In this document: positions 1-10,231 of the stretch, piece after piece | Numbering within the stretch: position 1 is the first letter of the stretch | How the letters are laid out: each line of letters begins with the position of its first letter | Virus record (IMG/VR): IMGVR_UViG_647533160_000003 | Length of the DNA: 64,000 nt | Direction: 5' to 3' (one strand) | DNA from: a virus | Taxonomy: Duplodnaviria; Heunggongvirae; Uroviricota; Caudoviricetes | Program-made: the position numbers and the translations under genes | The notes under the pieces: generated by a model | Seen by the model: the letters and a program-made list of their open reading frames with translations, nothing else | Told to the model about the DNA's origin: nothing | Database searches by the model: none

Positions 1-1
1 C

Positions 2-2293
2 GGAAACGTTGTTGTGCGTGCCTTCAGCGAGCAGTATCAGCTGGGCACGTTACAACAAACGCTGAAGTTTGTTGCCGGGCCGCTTGATGCAGCACATTCG
101 TCCATCACACTGAATCCTGATAAACCGGTGGTTGGCGGTACAGTTACGGCAATCTGGACGGCAAAAGATGCTAATGACAACCCTGTAACTGGCCTCAATC
201 CGGATGCACCGTCATTATCGGGCGCAGCTGCTGCTGGTTCTACGGCATCAGGCTGGACGGATAATGGCGACGGGACCTGGACTGCGCAGATTTCTCTGGG
301 TACTACGGTGGGCGAATTAGTGGTTATGCCGAAGCTAAATGGACAGGATGCGGCGGCTAATGCAGCTAAAGTTACCGTTGTGGCTGACACTTTATCTTCG
401 GGTCAGTCGAAGGTTTCTGTTGCTTCGGATAAGGTGAAAGCAGGAGACAGCACGATAGTGACGCTGGTAGCAAAAGATGCACATGGTAATGCAATCAGCG
501 GTCTTTCTCTATCTGCAACTCTGACGGGGGCCGCAGCTGAAGGGGCGACCATTTCAAATTGGGCTGAGGAAAACGGCGGCACCTATATTGCTACGTTTAC
601 CGCTGGTGTAAAAACGGGTGAGATTAGCATTATGCCGCTTATTAATGGTCAGCCCGCCGCCTCAGAAGCAGCGATTTTGACCGTTATCGCCCGGGATATT
701 TCATTAACTAATTCCACGCTTGTTGCGGATAATGGAACGCCAGTAGTCAAAACAACGACCAAACTGACATATATGGCGAAGGATGCGAATGGCAATCCTA
801 TTAGCGGGCTGAAACCTGATGCACCAGATTTTGGTGGTGTAGCCAACGCTGGAACAGAAAAACCCTCGATAGGTGAATGGAAGGAGCAGAGCGATGGTAT
901 CTATGTTACGACATTAACTTTAGGCTCTGCTGCGGGGCAGTTGGTCATTTGGCCAAGGGTAGACGGCAGAGATGCTGCTTCAAAACCTTTACTGTTGGAC
1001 GTTGTGGGTAATGCCACCGAAGCAAATATCAACGACATTTCAGTCGAGGTGGATAACCAACTGGCGAATGGACAGTCAGCTAACAAAGTAACACTGACAG
1101 TTGTGGACTCCTATGGCAACCCGTTACAGGGGCAAAATGTTACGCTGACTTTGCCAGAAGGTGTAACCAGTAAGACGGGCAATACTGTAACAACCAATGC
1201 GGCGGGTAAAGCTGATATTGAGTTGATGTCAACGGTTGCTGGGGAACACAATATTACTGCTTCGGTGAATGGAGCTCAGAAGACGGTTACGGTGACGTTC
1301 AATGCGGATGCCAGTTCTGGGCAGGTAAGTCTTCAGGTTGACGACAGCTCTCAAAGAGCAGCAAATGGCAGTGATGCCTTTACGCTGACGGCTATTGTTA
1401 AGGATAAAAATGGCAATGTAGTCCCTAGAGAGTTGGTGACGTTTAATCTACCTAAGGGCGTCACACCTGCTGCGGGAAAACACATTTGGGTGAGGACCGA
1501 CGATGAGGGTAAAGCGGAACTACAAGTAGTTTCCGTGATTGCTGGCTCGTATGAGGTCACGGCATCAACGGAAAATGAGCAGCCTTCAGATGCCAAGACG
1601 ATTACGTTTGTGGCTGACAAAGCTACAGCAACCATTTCTAGCATAGAGGTGATTAATAACTATGCTCTGGCAAATGGCAAAGATAAACAAACGTACAAGA
1701 TCACTGTAACAGATGCTAATAACAACCTCCTGAAAGGGAGTGAGGTATCGTTGAGTGCCAGTGCTAGTACCAGTCAGGGAGAATTAACTCTGTCTCCTAA
1801 CGGGGTTGCTACAACAGATGAGCAAGGGCTGGCTGTTTTCACGGCTACAACAACAACGGCTGCGACGTATACAGTGACGGCTACAGTTAAGCAGACTAAT
1901 GGTCAAACATCGACTAAAACAGCTGAGTCCAAATTTGTTGTGGATTACAAAAACGCAGTGCTTGCCGTCTCTCCTGAAAATATCGATTCTCTGGTGGCTG
2001 ACGGAGAAACAACCGCAACGCTAGAAATTACTCTTATGGCAGAGAACAATCCTGTCGGGGGGACTATGTGGGTTGAGATTCAGGCTCCGGAAGGCGTGAC
2101 GGAGGAGAATTATAAATTCCTGCCTTCTAAATTCGACCATTTTGTAAACGGGAAAATTACACGCAAATTTAGCACCACTAAGCCAGGAAAATATACATTA
2201 ACATTCAACTCTCTAAACTATGGAGGATACGAAATGGAACCGGTAACCATAACCATTAACGCTGTAGAGGCGAATGATAAGGTCGCGGAATAA
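2..2293 (+). CDS. Large Ig-like (Big) domain adhesin, invasin/intimin-type; 5'-partial, C-terminal part only
   Basis: Reading frame open to window edge; repeated ~100-aa T/V/A/G-rich units with 'KDANGNP..GL' and 'VTLTVVDSYGNPL' motifs typical of bacterial Ig-like repeats; stop at 2291-2293. Confidence 0.7.
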   Translation, partial: GNVVVRAFSEQYQLGTLQQTLKFVAGPLDAAHSSITLNPDKPVVGGTVTAIWTAKDANDNPVTGLNPDAPSLSGAAAAGSTASGWTDNGDGTWTAQISLGTTVGELVVMPKLNGQDAAANAAKVTVVADTLSSGQSKVSVASDKVKAGDSTIVTLVAKDAHGNAISGLSLSATLTGAAAEGATISNWAEENGGTYIATFTAGVKTGEISIMPLINGQPAASEAAILTVIARDISLTNSTLVADNGTPVVKTTTKLTYMAKDANGNPISGLKPDAPDFGGVANAGTEKPSIGEWKEQSDGIYVTTLTLGSAAGQLVIWPRVDGRDAASKPLLLDVVGNATEANINDISVEVDNQLANGQSANKVTLTVVDSYGNPLQGQNVTLTLPEGVTSKTGNTVTTNAAGKADIELMSTVAGEHNITASVNGAQKTVTVTFNADASSGQVSLQVDDSSQRAANGSDAFTLTAIVKDKNGNVVPRELVTFNLPKGVTPAAGKHIWVRTDDEGKAELQVVSVIAGSYEVTASTENEQPSDAKTITFVADKATATISSIEVINNYALANGKDKQTYKITVTDANNNLLKGSEVSLSASASTSQGELTLSPNGVATTDEQGLAVFTATTTTAATYTVTATVKQTNGQTSTKTAESKFVVDYKNAVLAVSPENIDSLVADGETTATLEITLMAENNPVGGTMWVEIQAPEGVTEENYKFLPSKFDHFVNGKITRKFSTTKPGKYTLTFNSLNYGGYEMEPVTITINAVEANDKVAE

Positions 2294-2323
2294 TTTTTTG
2301 CTTAGAATAACTCAATCTTAAAC

Positions 2324-2355
2324 AATAATGGCGTTGACTCCTCAACGCCATTATT
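2324..2355 (+). terminator. Stem-loop downstream of adhesin gene (aataatggcgttg...caacgccattatt)
   Basis: 13-bp inverted repeat 30 nt after stop codon; no clear T-run. Confidence 0.4.
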
Positions 2356-2721
2356 CTATCGAGCCTTCCTTTTTATTTAGCATAGAGTAGATCTTCGTTT
2401 TAGATTCTCTTATCTATGTTTCAGATTGTTATTGTCGATTAAAAACACATGAGCTCGGTGTATGGCAGCATCGGGGGAATGGCGGAGAATAAATAACTAG
2501 CACTAATTTTCAGCAAGGTCACTTCGATATCCATCAGTGATCTACTTCAAGTGGGCTGCTGATAGCCATCACTGCAAGGGTATATCGCGTAAAAAGATAC
2601 TGGATGTACCCACGTCAACACCAGGATGCACGGGCAGTAATGCTGTGTGTGGTGTGCTCACTCACATTATCAATGATGCTAGGAGTGGGGAATTTGACGA
2701 TTGTCCTGTGATGTAGGAGAG

Positions 2722-2752
2722 CTGATTAGGCGGTGCGATGCACCGCCTTTTT
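2722..2752. terminator. GC-rich hairpin with T/A runs between adhesin and apbC 3' end (possible bidirectional terminator)
   Basis: aggcggtgcgatgcaccgcct followed by ttttta on plus strand; abuts apbC stop. Confidence 0.45.
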
Positions 2753-2753
2753 A

Positions 2754-3854
2754 TCACACTGCGCGGAATGCGATCTCGCCAGGTATTACTTCGCCTTGCC
2801 AATACATTTGGGCAGCAACGCGATCTGCGAGGTCACGATAAATAGCCGTAAATTCGCTATCTGGACGACTAATAACGGTTGGTGTTCCGTTATCCAGATC
2901 TTCACGAAGAGAGATATGAAGTGGCATTTGGCCTAACAACTGCGTGTTGTATTTCTCGGCCAGTTTCTGTGCGCCACCGGTGCCAAAAATTGGCTCGTGA
3001 TGACCGCAGTTACTGCAAATATGCACACTCATGTTTTCGACGATACCCAGTACCGGCACTTCGACTTTTTCGAACATCACAATGCCTTTCTTCGCATCGA
3101 TCAGCGCGATGTCTTGCGGCGTAGTTACCACAACCGCACCAGTTACAGGAATGTTCTGCGCCAGCGTCAATTGAATATCACCAGTGCCCGGCGGCATATC
3201 GAGAACGAGATAGTCCAGATCAGGCCACAGTGTTTCCTGCAACATCTGCATCAGCGCCTTGCTGGCCATCGGTCCACGCCACACCATTGCATTGTCGTCG
3301 GTGACCAGATAACCAATAGAGTTGGTTGCCAGGCCATGAGACATAATCGGTGCCATGTGAGTACCGTCCGGTGAGGTTGGACGTTGGTTTTCCGCGCCCA
3401 GCATGGTTGGAATTGATGGACCGTAGATATCGGCATCCAAAATACCAACTTTCGCACCTTCAGCAGCCAACGCCAGTGCCAAGTTTACTGCTGTGGACGA
3501 TTTGCCTACACCGCCCTTGCCTGAGCTTACGGCGATAATATTCTTAACGCCATTAATGCCTGGTTGGTTTTTGACGCGCTTAAGCGTGGCAATGTTGTAC
3601 GACAGCTTCCAGTCAATAGCCTTTGCGCCAGTGATACGGAGCAGATCACCACTACATTGCTCTTTCAGGTCTTCAAAAGGCTTATTCCACACGAAAGGCA
3701 TGATTAGTTCGACATGCAGTGTGTCATCCATCAACGCAACATGGTGTAACGCTTTAAGCGTAGTCAGGTTGTGTTTCAGGGTTGGGTGCTGAAAATTAGC
3801 CAGCGTACCGGCTACCATTGCTCTCAGGGCATCCGGCGATTTGGACTCGCTCAT
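2754..3854 (-). CDS. apbC: Fe-S cluster carrier P-loop ATPase ApbC/Mrp
   Basis: 366-aa ORF; deviant Walker A 'SGKGGVGKS', conserved CxxC 'CSNCGHH', overall ApbC/Mrp family pattern; divergent from metG as in enterobacterial genomes. Confidence 0.9.
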   Translation of the reverse strand: MSESKSPDALRAMVAGTLANFQHPTLKHNLTTLKALHHVALMDDTLHVELIMPFVWNKPFEDLKEQCSGDLLRITGAKAIDWKLSYNIATLKRVKNQPGINGVKNIIAVSSGKGGVGKSSTAVNLALALAAEGAKVGILDADIYGPSIPTMLGAENQRPTSPDGTHMAPIMSHGLATNSIGYLVTDDNAMVWRGPMASKALMQMLQETLWPDLDYLVLDMPPGTGDIQLTLAQNIPVTGAVVVTTPQDIALIDAKKGIVMFEKVEVPVLGIVENMSVHICSNCGHHEPIFGTGGAQKLAEKYNTQLLGQMPLHISLREDLDNGTPTVISRPDSEFTAIYRDLADRVAAQMYWQGEVIPGEIAFRAV

Positions 3855-4011
3855 CCCGTCTCCTTTATTTTAATTTGCGCAATTGTCGCCTTGTAGTGTA
3901 CTCCAGCTACGACATTTAATCATTTATGAGAAATGCTGTTATCACATGGCAGACATAAGGCCATTTTGTTACTATCAAGCCCCTTTTCACTACAAAGAAG
4001 TAATGCCTACT

Positions 4012-7000
4012 ATGACCCAAGTCGCGAAGAAAATTCTGGTGACGTGCGCGCTGCCGTACGCTAACGGCTCAATCCACCTCGGCCATATGCTGGAGCACAT
4101 CCAGGCTGATGTCTGGGTTCGTTACCAGCGAATGCGCGGCCACGAGGTTAATTTCATCTGTGCCGACGATGCCCACGGTACGCCGATCATGCTGAAAGCA
4201 CAGCAGCTTGGTATCACACCGGAGCAGATGATTGGCGAAATGAGTCAGGAACACCAGACTGATTTCGCAGGCTTTAACATCAGCTATGACAACTATCACT
4301 CGACGCACAGCGAAGAGAACCGCCAGCTGTCTGAGCTTATCTATACTCGCCTGAAAGAGAACGGTTTTATTAAAAACCGCACCATCTCTCAGCTGTACGA
4401 TCCGGAAAAAGGCATGTTCCTGCCGGATCGTTTTGTAAAAGGCACCTGCCCGAAATGTAAAGCACCTGATCAATATGGCGATAACTGTGAAGTCTGCGGC
4501 GCAACATATAGCCCGACTGAATTGATCGAACCGAAATCGGTGGTTTCTGGCGCTACGCCGGTAATGCGTGATTCTGAACACTTCTTCTTTGATCTGCCCT
4601 CTTTCAGCGAAATGTTGCAGGCATGGACCCGCAGCGGCGCGTTGCAGGAGCAGGTGGCAAACAAAATGCAGGAGTGGTTTGAATCTGGTCTGCAACAGTG
4701 GGATATCTCCCGCGACGCACCTTACTTCGGTTTTGAAATTCCGAACGCGCCGGGTAAATATTTCTACGTCTGGCTGGACGCACCGATTGGCTATATGGGC
4801 TCTTTCAAGAATCTGTGTGATAAGCGCGGCGACAGCGTAAGCTTCGATGAATACTGGAAGAAAGATTCCACCGCCGAGCTGTATCACTTCATCGGTAAAG
4901 ATATCGTTTACTTCCACAGCCTGTTCTGGCCAGCAATGCTGGAAGGCAGCAACTTCCGCAAGCCGACCAACCTGTTTGTTCACGGCTATGTGACAGTGAA
5001 CGGCGCGAAGATGTCCAAGTCTCGCGGCACCTTTATTAAAGCCAGCACCTGGCTGAATCATTTTGACGCCGACAGCCTGCGCTACTACTACACCGCCAAA
5101 CTGTCTTCGCGCATTGATGATATCGATCTCAACCTGGAGGATTTCGTTCAGCGCGTGAATGCCGATATTGTTAACAAAGTGGTTAACCTGGCCTCCCGTA
5201 ATGCAGGCTTTATCAACAAGCGTTTTGACGGCGTGCTGGCAAGCGAACTGGCTGACCCGCAACTGTACAAAACCTTTACTGATGCCGCTGAAGTGATTGG
5301 CGAAGCATGGGAAAGCCGCGAATTTGGTAAAGCTATCCGTGAAATCATGGCATTGGCTGACCTGGCTAACCGCTATGTCGATGAACAGGCTCCGTGGGTG
5401 GTGGCGAAGCAGGAAGGTCGCGATGCAGATCTGCAGGCGATTTGCTCTATGGGCATTAACCTGTTCCGCGTGCTGATGACGTACCTGAAACCGGTACTGC
5501 CAAAACTGACTGAACGTGCAGAGGCATTCCTCAATACGGAACTGACCTGGGATGGTATCCAGCAACCGCTGTTGGGCCATAAAGTGAATCCGTTCAAAGC
5601 TCTGTATAACCGTATCGATATGAAGCAGGTTGAAGCACTGGTGGAAGCGTCTAAAGAAGAAGTCAAAGCCGCTGCCGCACCGGTAACTGGCCCGCTGGCA
5701 GACGATCCGATTCAGGAAACCATCACCTTTGACGACTTCGCCAAAGTTGACCTGCGCGTGGCACTGATTGAAAACGCGGAGTTTGTCGAAGGNNNNNNNN
5801 NNNNNNNNNNNNNNNNNNNNNNNNNNNNNNNNNNNNNNNNNNNNNNNNNNNNNNNNNNNNNNNNNNNNNNNNNNNNNNNNNNNNNNNNNNNNNNNNNNNN
5901 NNNNNNNNNNNNNNNNNNNNNNNNNNNNNNNNNNNNNNNNNNNNNNNNNNNNNNNNNNNNNNNNNNNNNNNNNNNNNNNNNNNNNNNNNNNNNNNNNNNN
6001 NNNNNNNNNNNNNNNNNNNNNNNNNNNNNNNNNNNNNNNNNNNNNNNNNNNNNNNNNNNNNNNNNNNNNNNNNNNNNNNNNNNNNNNNNNNNNNNNNNNN
6101 NNNNNNNNNNNNNNNNNNNNNNNNNNNNNNNNNNNNNNNNNNNNNNNNNNNNNNNNNNNNNNNNNNNNNNNNNNNNNNNNNNNNNNNNNNNNNNNNNNNN
6201 NNNNNNNNNNNNNNNNNNNNNNNNNNNNNNNNNNNNNNNNNNNNNNNNNNNNNNNNNNNNNNNNNNNNNNNNNNNNNNNNNNNNNNNNNNNNNNNNNNNN
6301 NNNNNNNNNNNNNNNNNNNNNNNNNNNNNNNNNNNNNNNNNNNNNNNNNNNNNNNNNNNNNNNNNNNNNNNNNNNNNNNNNNNNNNNNNNNNNNNNNNNN
6401 NNNNNNNNNNNNNNNNNNNNNNNNNNNNNNNNNNNNNNNNNNNNNNNNNNNNNNNNNNNNNNNNNNNNNNNNNNNNNNNNNNNNNNNNNNNNNNNNNNNN
6501 NNNNNNNNNNNNNNNNNNNNNNNNNNNNNNNNNNNNNNNNNNNNNNNNNNNNNNNNNNNNNNNNNNNNNNNNNNNNNNNNNNNNNNNNNNNNNNNNNNNN
6601 NNNNNNNNNNNNNNNNNNNNNNNNNNNNNNNNNNNNNNNNNNNNNNNNNNNNNNNNNNNNNNNNNNNNNNNNNNNNNNNNNNNNNNNNNNNNNNNNNNNN
6701 NNNGCTGTTGGGCCATAAAAGTGAATCCGTTCAAAGCTCTGTATAACCGTATCGATATGAAGCAGGTTGAAGCACTGGTGGAAGCGTCTAAAGAAGAAGT
6801 CAAAGCCGCTGCCGCACCGGTAACTGGCCCGCTGGCAGACGATCCGATTCAGGAAACCATCACCTTTGACGACTTCGCCAAAGTTGACCTGCGCGTGGCA
6901 CTGATTGAAAACGCGGAGTTTGTCGAAGGTTCTGACAAACTGCTGCGCCTGACACTGGATCTCGGCGGAGAAAAACGTAATGTCTTCTCAGGCATTCGTT

Positions 7001-7182
7001 CCGCTTATCCAGATCCACAGGCACTGATTGGTCGTCACACCATTATGGTGGCTAACCTGGCTCCGCGTAAGATGCGCTTCGGTATCTCTGAAGGCATGGT
7101 GATGGCTGCTGGCCCCGGCGGGAAAGATATCTTCCTGTTAAGCCCGGATGCCGGTGCTAAACCTGGCCACCAGGTTAAGTAA
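4012..7182 (+). CDS. metG: Methionyl-tRNA synthetase MetG, interrupted by assembly gap (N-terminal catalytic part 4012-5792; C-terminal tRNA-binding part 6704-7182)
   Basis: ATG at 4012 ([29 protein letters not shown], class I HIGH motif), 'KMSKS' at ~5010; C-terminal tRNA-binding domain after gap; gap plus duplicated flank makes true length and frame uncertain. Confidence 0.85.
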   Translation: MTQVAKKILVTCALPYANGSIHLGHMLEHIQADVWVRYQRMRGHEVNFICADDAHGTPIMLKAQQLGITPEQMIGEMSQEHQTDFAGFNISYDNYHSTHSEENRQLSELIYTRLKENGFIKNRTISQLYDPEKGMFLPDRFVKGTCPKCKAPDQYGDNCEVCGATYSPTELIEPKSVVSGATPVMRDSEHFFFDLPSFSEMLQAWTRSGALQEQVANKMQEWFESGLQQWDISRDAPYFGFEIPNAPGKYFYVWLDAPIGYMGSFKNLCDKRGDSVSFDEYWKKDSTAELYHFIGKDIVYFHSLFWPAMLEGSNFRKPTNLFVHGYVTVNGAKMSKSRGTFIKASTWLNHFDADSLRYYYTAKLSSRIDDIDLNLEDFVQRVNADIVNKVVNLASRNAGFINKRFDGVLASELADPQLYKTFTDAAEVIGEAWESREFGKAIREIMALADLANRYVDEQAPWVVAKQEGRDADLQAICSMGINLFRVLMTYLKPVLPKLTERAEAFLNTELTWDGIQQPLLGHKVNPFKALYNRIDMKQVEALVEASKEEVKAAAAPVTGPLADDPIQETITFDDFAKVDLRVALIENAEFVEXXXXXXXXXXXXXXXXXXXXXXXXXXXXXXXXXXXXXXXXXXXXXXXXXXXXXXXXXXXXXXXXXXXXXXXXXXXXXXXXXXXXXXXXXXXXXXXXXXXXXXXXXXXXXXXXXXXXXXXXXXXXXXXXXXXXXXXXXXXXXXXXXXXXXXXXXXXXXXXXXXXXXXXXXXXXXXXXXXXXXXXXXXXXXXXXXXXXXXXXXXXXXXXXXXXXXXXXXXXXXXXXXXXXXXXXXXXXXXXXXXXXXXXXXXXXXXXXXXXXXXXXXXXXXXXXXXXXXXXXXXXXXXXXXXXXXXXXXXXXXXXXXCWAIKVNPFKALYNRIDMKQVEALVEASKEEVKAAAAPVTGPLADDPIQETITFDDFAKVDLRVALIENAEFVEGSDKLLRLTLDLGGEKRNVFSGIRSAYPDPQALIGRHTIMVANLAPRKMRFGISEGMVMAAGPGGKDIFLLSPDAGAKPGHQVK
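5568..5792. repeat. Left copy of ~225-bp direct duplication flanking the N-gap
   Basis: Sequence gctgttgggccataaagtgaatccg...gagtttgtcgaagg is repeated at 6704-6929 with one extra A (ataaaagtg). Confidence 0.95.
5793..6703. other. Assembly gap (911 N) inside metG
   Basis: Contiguous run of n characters. Confidence 1.
6704..6929. repeat. Right copy of duplication flanking the N-gap (1-nt indel relative to left copy)
   Basis: Direct comparison with 5568-5792. Confidence 0.95.
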
Positions 7183-7201
7183 TTAAACAACCTCTGTTCG
7201 C

Positions 7202-7229
7202 AATGCCCGGCAACACGCTGGGCATTTTC
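7202..7229 (+). terminator. Rho-independent terminator of metG
   Basis: Hairpin atgcccgg-caacacg-ctgggcat followed by TTTT, 20 nt after metG stop. Confidence 0.7.
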
Positions 7230-7266
7230 ATATAGACACAATCCCTCCTGATTTACACAAGCCCTA

Positions 7267-7279
7267 AAACAATTTGTTT
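7267..7279. promoter_or_regulatory. 13-bp palindrome AAACAA-N-TTGTTT (site 1)
   Basis: aaacaatttgttt. Confidence 0.6.
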
Positions 7280-7317
7280 TCTACCTTTTGTTGATTGAGA
7301 TAATAAGCCACATAAGA

Positions 7318-7330
7318 AAACAAATTGTTT
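7318..7330. promoter_or_regulatory. 13-bp palindrome AAACAA-N-TTGTTT (site 2), 14 nt upstream of ATG 7344, preceded by GATAAT
   Basis: aaacaaattgttt. Confidence 0.6.
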
Positions 7331-7343
7331 CGGAGTGGTTGAA

Positions 7344-7643
7344 ATGTTGAACATTACCCAAGCCTACCAGGTGGCATTGATCAGTTCATCTCATACATCA
7401 GAGGAAGATGCTCGCCGATTCATGATCGCAAGCAATGAACTGGATTGGGTTTCACAAATTGAGTACGGTTGCATTGTCCACGCCGGGTTACAGGACGATG
7501 ACTGGAAAGATAACTTGCGTCGATATGGTATATCCGAGGGCGCGATTTCGAACATTCAGAAGGTACTTGATGTAGGCTTCGACTCTGTACATTTCGATTG
7601 TGGCGCACCGGTCGTTGAAGGGCTTGAGTGCTGGCAATGGTAA
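7344..7643 (+). CDS. Hypothetical early protein
   Basis: ORF (track 7335, GTG) with GGAG RBS 8 nt before ATG 7344; preceded by conserved palindrome at 7318-7330. Confidence 0.55.
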   Translation: MLNITQAYQVALISSSHTSEEDARRFMIASNELDWVSQIEYGCIVHAGLQDDDWKDNLRRYGISEGAISNIQKVLDVGFDSVHFDCGAPVVEGLECWQW

Positions 7644-7679
7644 TCCGGCAATCGCTTCATACTAGATAACGGAGAATTT

Positions 7680-7865
7680 ATGCTTAAAGAAGACTCATAT
7701 CTACTAAAGGCGCTTGAAATGCGTGGCGTTGAACCTACAGTGAAAAACGCTCACGATATCTACCTTCAGTTTTCGACAGAGCTGAAACAGCTCATAAATA
7801 AATATGGAGTGAACGACTCCAGCGTCAAAGCCATGATAGATGATGAATTAGACCATCTCATCTAA
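7680..7865 (+). CDS. Hypothetical small protein (61 aa)
   Basis: ORF with RBS-like 'acggagaatttatg'; operon position after previous gene. Confidence 0.45.
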   Translation: MLKEDSYLLKALEMRGVEPTVKNAHDIYLQFSTELKQLINKYGVNDSSVKAMIDDELDHLI

Positions 7866-7959
7866 TCAAACCGTTGATAATGGCGGTCACAATTTGATTC
7901 TTTTCTATAAGAATCCGTTGATCGCCACTACTTCCCTTCCATACCCGCAATCACATCCT

Positions 7960-8760
7960 TAAATATCAATAATTTATAGTTGTTTATACAATCAAGAAAA
8001 CAACTGAATAACAGATCAACGAAACGTCAACGCTTTCACCTGATTTGGTCTAAAAAGTTGACGTTTTCACACATCACTTCTTATACCCGTAATCCCACGC
8101 AGCAGATAGCGCCACAGCGTCCAAATTTCACCACAGACGACTCAACACTACCAACAAAAACACACGCTCAAAATCGCTCCCGTTGCGTTACACAACCATA
8201 TAAACAACTTATTTCCAGGCATAACAAAACAACTAAATAACACACATGCCATTCCCAAAAACAACCAACCTCTTTATGGCAGGCTACCGAAAAGACCCAC
8301 CTCTTCTTCCCAGGCTACCGGACAACCAACCTAACTTTCACAGGCAATCCGAAAACATTCATACGCGCGATACTCACGACACGCCATTCCCCAAACAGCG
8401 AAGAAACACAGAACCACTGAACCCCCAACGAAGCCTGTAACCGCAAGGATTCTCTCAATCCCAAAAGACACGAAACAGAACAATCACGGGAAACGCCATT
8501 ACCCAATACACGAATAACTACAAAAGCCTTTCACGCACTCCAGACAAACACAATAACGAAAGGAATCGCCCACCTGCCATTACTCCATATACGGAGAAGA
8601 ACAATCACCAAAACGACGAGAACACCCCACAGAAGAACCACCGCAAAACGAACGAAACCATTTACACCGACAGAGAGAACAACACACCCAATTCACCAAC
8701 AGGAATAGTCGCCGTATAGAACGCTCTGGAAGGAGTGAGCATTAACGCCTATAGAGAGGT
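7960..8760 (+). other. Strand-asymmetric C+A-rich noncoding region with degenerate ~30-bp repeats
   Basis: Plus strand almost devoid of G and T over ~800 bp; repeated caggctaccg units near 8281-8342; ORFs here have non-protein-like composition. Confidence 0.6.
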
Positions 8761-8831
8761 TGAGACAGATAAAACACGAAGAAAACACAACATGTATAAC
8801 GAAGAAGCCAGGTATGTATAAGTGGGGAGGG

Positions 8832-8856
8832 AAGGAGGGGTGTCGCCTCCTTTTTC
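8832..8856 (+). terminator. Intrinsic terminator at end of CA-rich noncoding region
   Basis: aggagg-ggtgtcg-cctcct followed by TTTTT. Confidence 0.6.
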
Positions 8857-8939
8857 GTATTTATTCAACTCCTGATTTTATCCCCCGTAACACCCCTACG
8901 GTCAGCCTCCGGTCCATACAGGGAAAAGGCTGCATCCCG

Positions 8940-9055
8940 CTACAGAAACGGCTGGATTGCCTTCGGGGAACGGCTGGAGGTTTTCAGGGAAACGGTCGAG
9001 TTGCCTGTGTGGATTTCGGGAAAAGGTTCGATGCCGGTTCAGGAACGGTGGCGTA
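8940..9055. repeat. Iteron-like direct repeats GG(R)AACGG (5 copies, ~21-27 bp spacing)
   Basis: agaaacggctgga, gggaacggctgga, gggaaacggtcga, gggaaaaggttcga, aggaacggtggcg. Confidence 0.6.
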
Positions 9056-9387
9056 CCGGTATAGCGTGAGGGAGAGTTGCGGCTACCCACCTGTAATGTG
9101 CGGGAAGAAGAGAGGTGCTCACGTGCAGGCGGACTTACTTACCGCTGGATTCCCTCTGAATGCCCAGCTACAGCGTAATTGTGCCAGATAGCCAGCGGGT
9201 CACAATCGATTTCAGTAGGTTTTCGGGGAGAGGATTATTCTGCACACCAGCCACTTTCGGCCACTAAATCAGAATAATGTAAAAAGTGTACTCGGTACTG
9301 AACCTGAAAACTCACTGCTAAAACCACATTCACCGGAATAAAATCCTTTTTCGCTTATGTGTTATTACGATAATAACACCAATAAGA

Positions 9388-9400
9388 AAACATGTTGTTT
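9388..9400. promoter_or_regulatory. 13-bp palindrome family (site 3)
   Basis: aaacatgttgttt; preceded by cgataataacaccaataag. Confidence 0.55.
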
Positions 9401-9412
9401 AAGGATTGCTTT

Positions 9413-9496
9413 ATGTTTGCACATATCGACATCAACCAAATTAAGAAATTGACTCAAAAAGAGTCTGTGAGCTGGAAGGTTGGTCTTCCACTCTGA
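9413..9496 (+). CDS. Possible 27-aa leader peptide or small ORF downstream of conserved promoter/operator motif
   Basis: ATG 13 nt after palindrome 9388-9400; short; may instead be part of a frameshifted gene with 9511-9732. Confidence 0.25.
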   Translation: MFAHIDINQIKKLTQKESVSWKVGLPL

Positions 9497-9510
9497 TCAA
9501 TTCGCGGTGG

Positions 9511-9732
9511 GTGCTTGAGCTGATGACTCGTGATGATGCACCTGCTTTGATGATTTGCGACATGGGTGAAGATGCTGACTTTATGGATATGAGCGAATTT
9601 TGTGTGGACACATACAACCGCAGCCAGAAGTACTACTTCACATGCGATAGCGAGAATGACGTGATTTCTAAGGTCTATCTTCACCTTGTCCAGCATTGGG
9701 ACGTTCAGGAGTTTCTTGAAGTATTCGCGTAA
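9511..9732 (+). CDS. Hypothetical acidic small protein
   Basis: 73-aa ORF (GTG start in track; ATG at 9523). Confidence 0.45.
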   Translation: MLELMTRDDAPALMICDMGEDADFMDMSEFCVDTYNRSQKYYFTCDSENDVISKVYLHLVQHWDVQEFLEVFA

Positions 9733-9861
9733 CCTCAACCAAAGCCAGCAATGCTGGCTTAACTTCTCTGTGGCCGCAGGGAAGAACCTGCATATCGCTC
9801 ATGCGCCTGATCAATATGCTTTGTAGCCGTTTTCTTACTGCTATTATTTACGCCATTGAGA

Positions 9862-9874
9862 AAACAAGTTGTTT
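9862..9874. promoter_or_regulatory. 13-bp palindrome family (site 4)
   Basis: aaacaagttgttt. Confidence 0.6.
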
Positions 9875-9885
9875 ACGGAGTTGTG

Positions 9886-10197
9886 ATGAAAAAATCATTG
9901 GTTCTTGGTCTGGACAAAGACCAGAAGCGAAAAGAGAAGCCTGCGCTGGTTGCTCAATTAACTTTGCTGGACATCGTTGCCAATGGAACCTCTATTCGTC
10001 TGTTCCGTGAAACAGCGGTGTCTTTCGATAAAAACACCTTTACTCGTTATGTAATGAATGTTCGTCGCCAGCGTGGAAAAGGCTGGGTGGCATTTCAAAG
10101 AATGTGGCCGGAACATCAGCTCGAACTGGCTTTGATGGAAGTTAACCGCGTGGCCCAGCAAGAAATTCAGAGAGCATCAGTGATGGCAATAGCCTGA
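9886..10197 (+). CDS. Hypothetical early protein
   Basis: ATG 9886 with ACGGAG RBS, 12 nt after palindrome 9862-9874; followed by terminator. Confidence 0.55.
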   Translation: MKKSLVLGLDKDQKRKEKPALVAQLTLLDIVANGTSIRLFRETAVSFDKNTFTRYVMNVRRQRGKGWVAFQRMWPEHQLELALMEVNRVAQQEIQRASVMAIA

Positions 10198-10231
10198 TAA
10201 TGTGCAAGTGGTAATTAGTCGACAGTACGAC

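Noticed and set aside
4069-5580. 503-aa minus-strand ORF antisense to metG
   Set aside because: Lies entirely within the well-supported metG coding region on the opposite strand; composition (Arg/His/Cys-rich) is not protein-like; typical antisense shadow ORF.
5712-6803. ORFs translated through the N-gap (minus 5712-6803, plus 5768-6718)
   Set aside because: Consist almost entirely of X from undetermined bases; artefacts of the gap.
7980-8440. Plus-strand ORFs 7980-8240 and 8246-8440 in the CA-rich region
   Set aside because: Extreme compositional bias (Thr/Pro/Gln/Asn/His-rich), no RBS, region better explained as noncoding.
8760-9191. 143-aa ORF over the iteron cluster
   Set aside because: Overlaps regularly spaced direct repeats and a terminator; Gly/Arg/Cys-rich, not protein-like.
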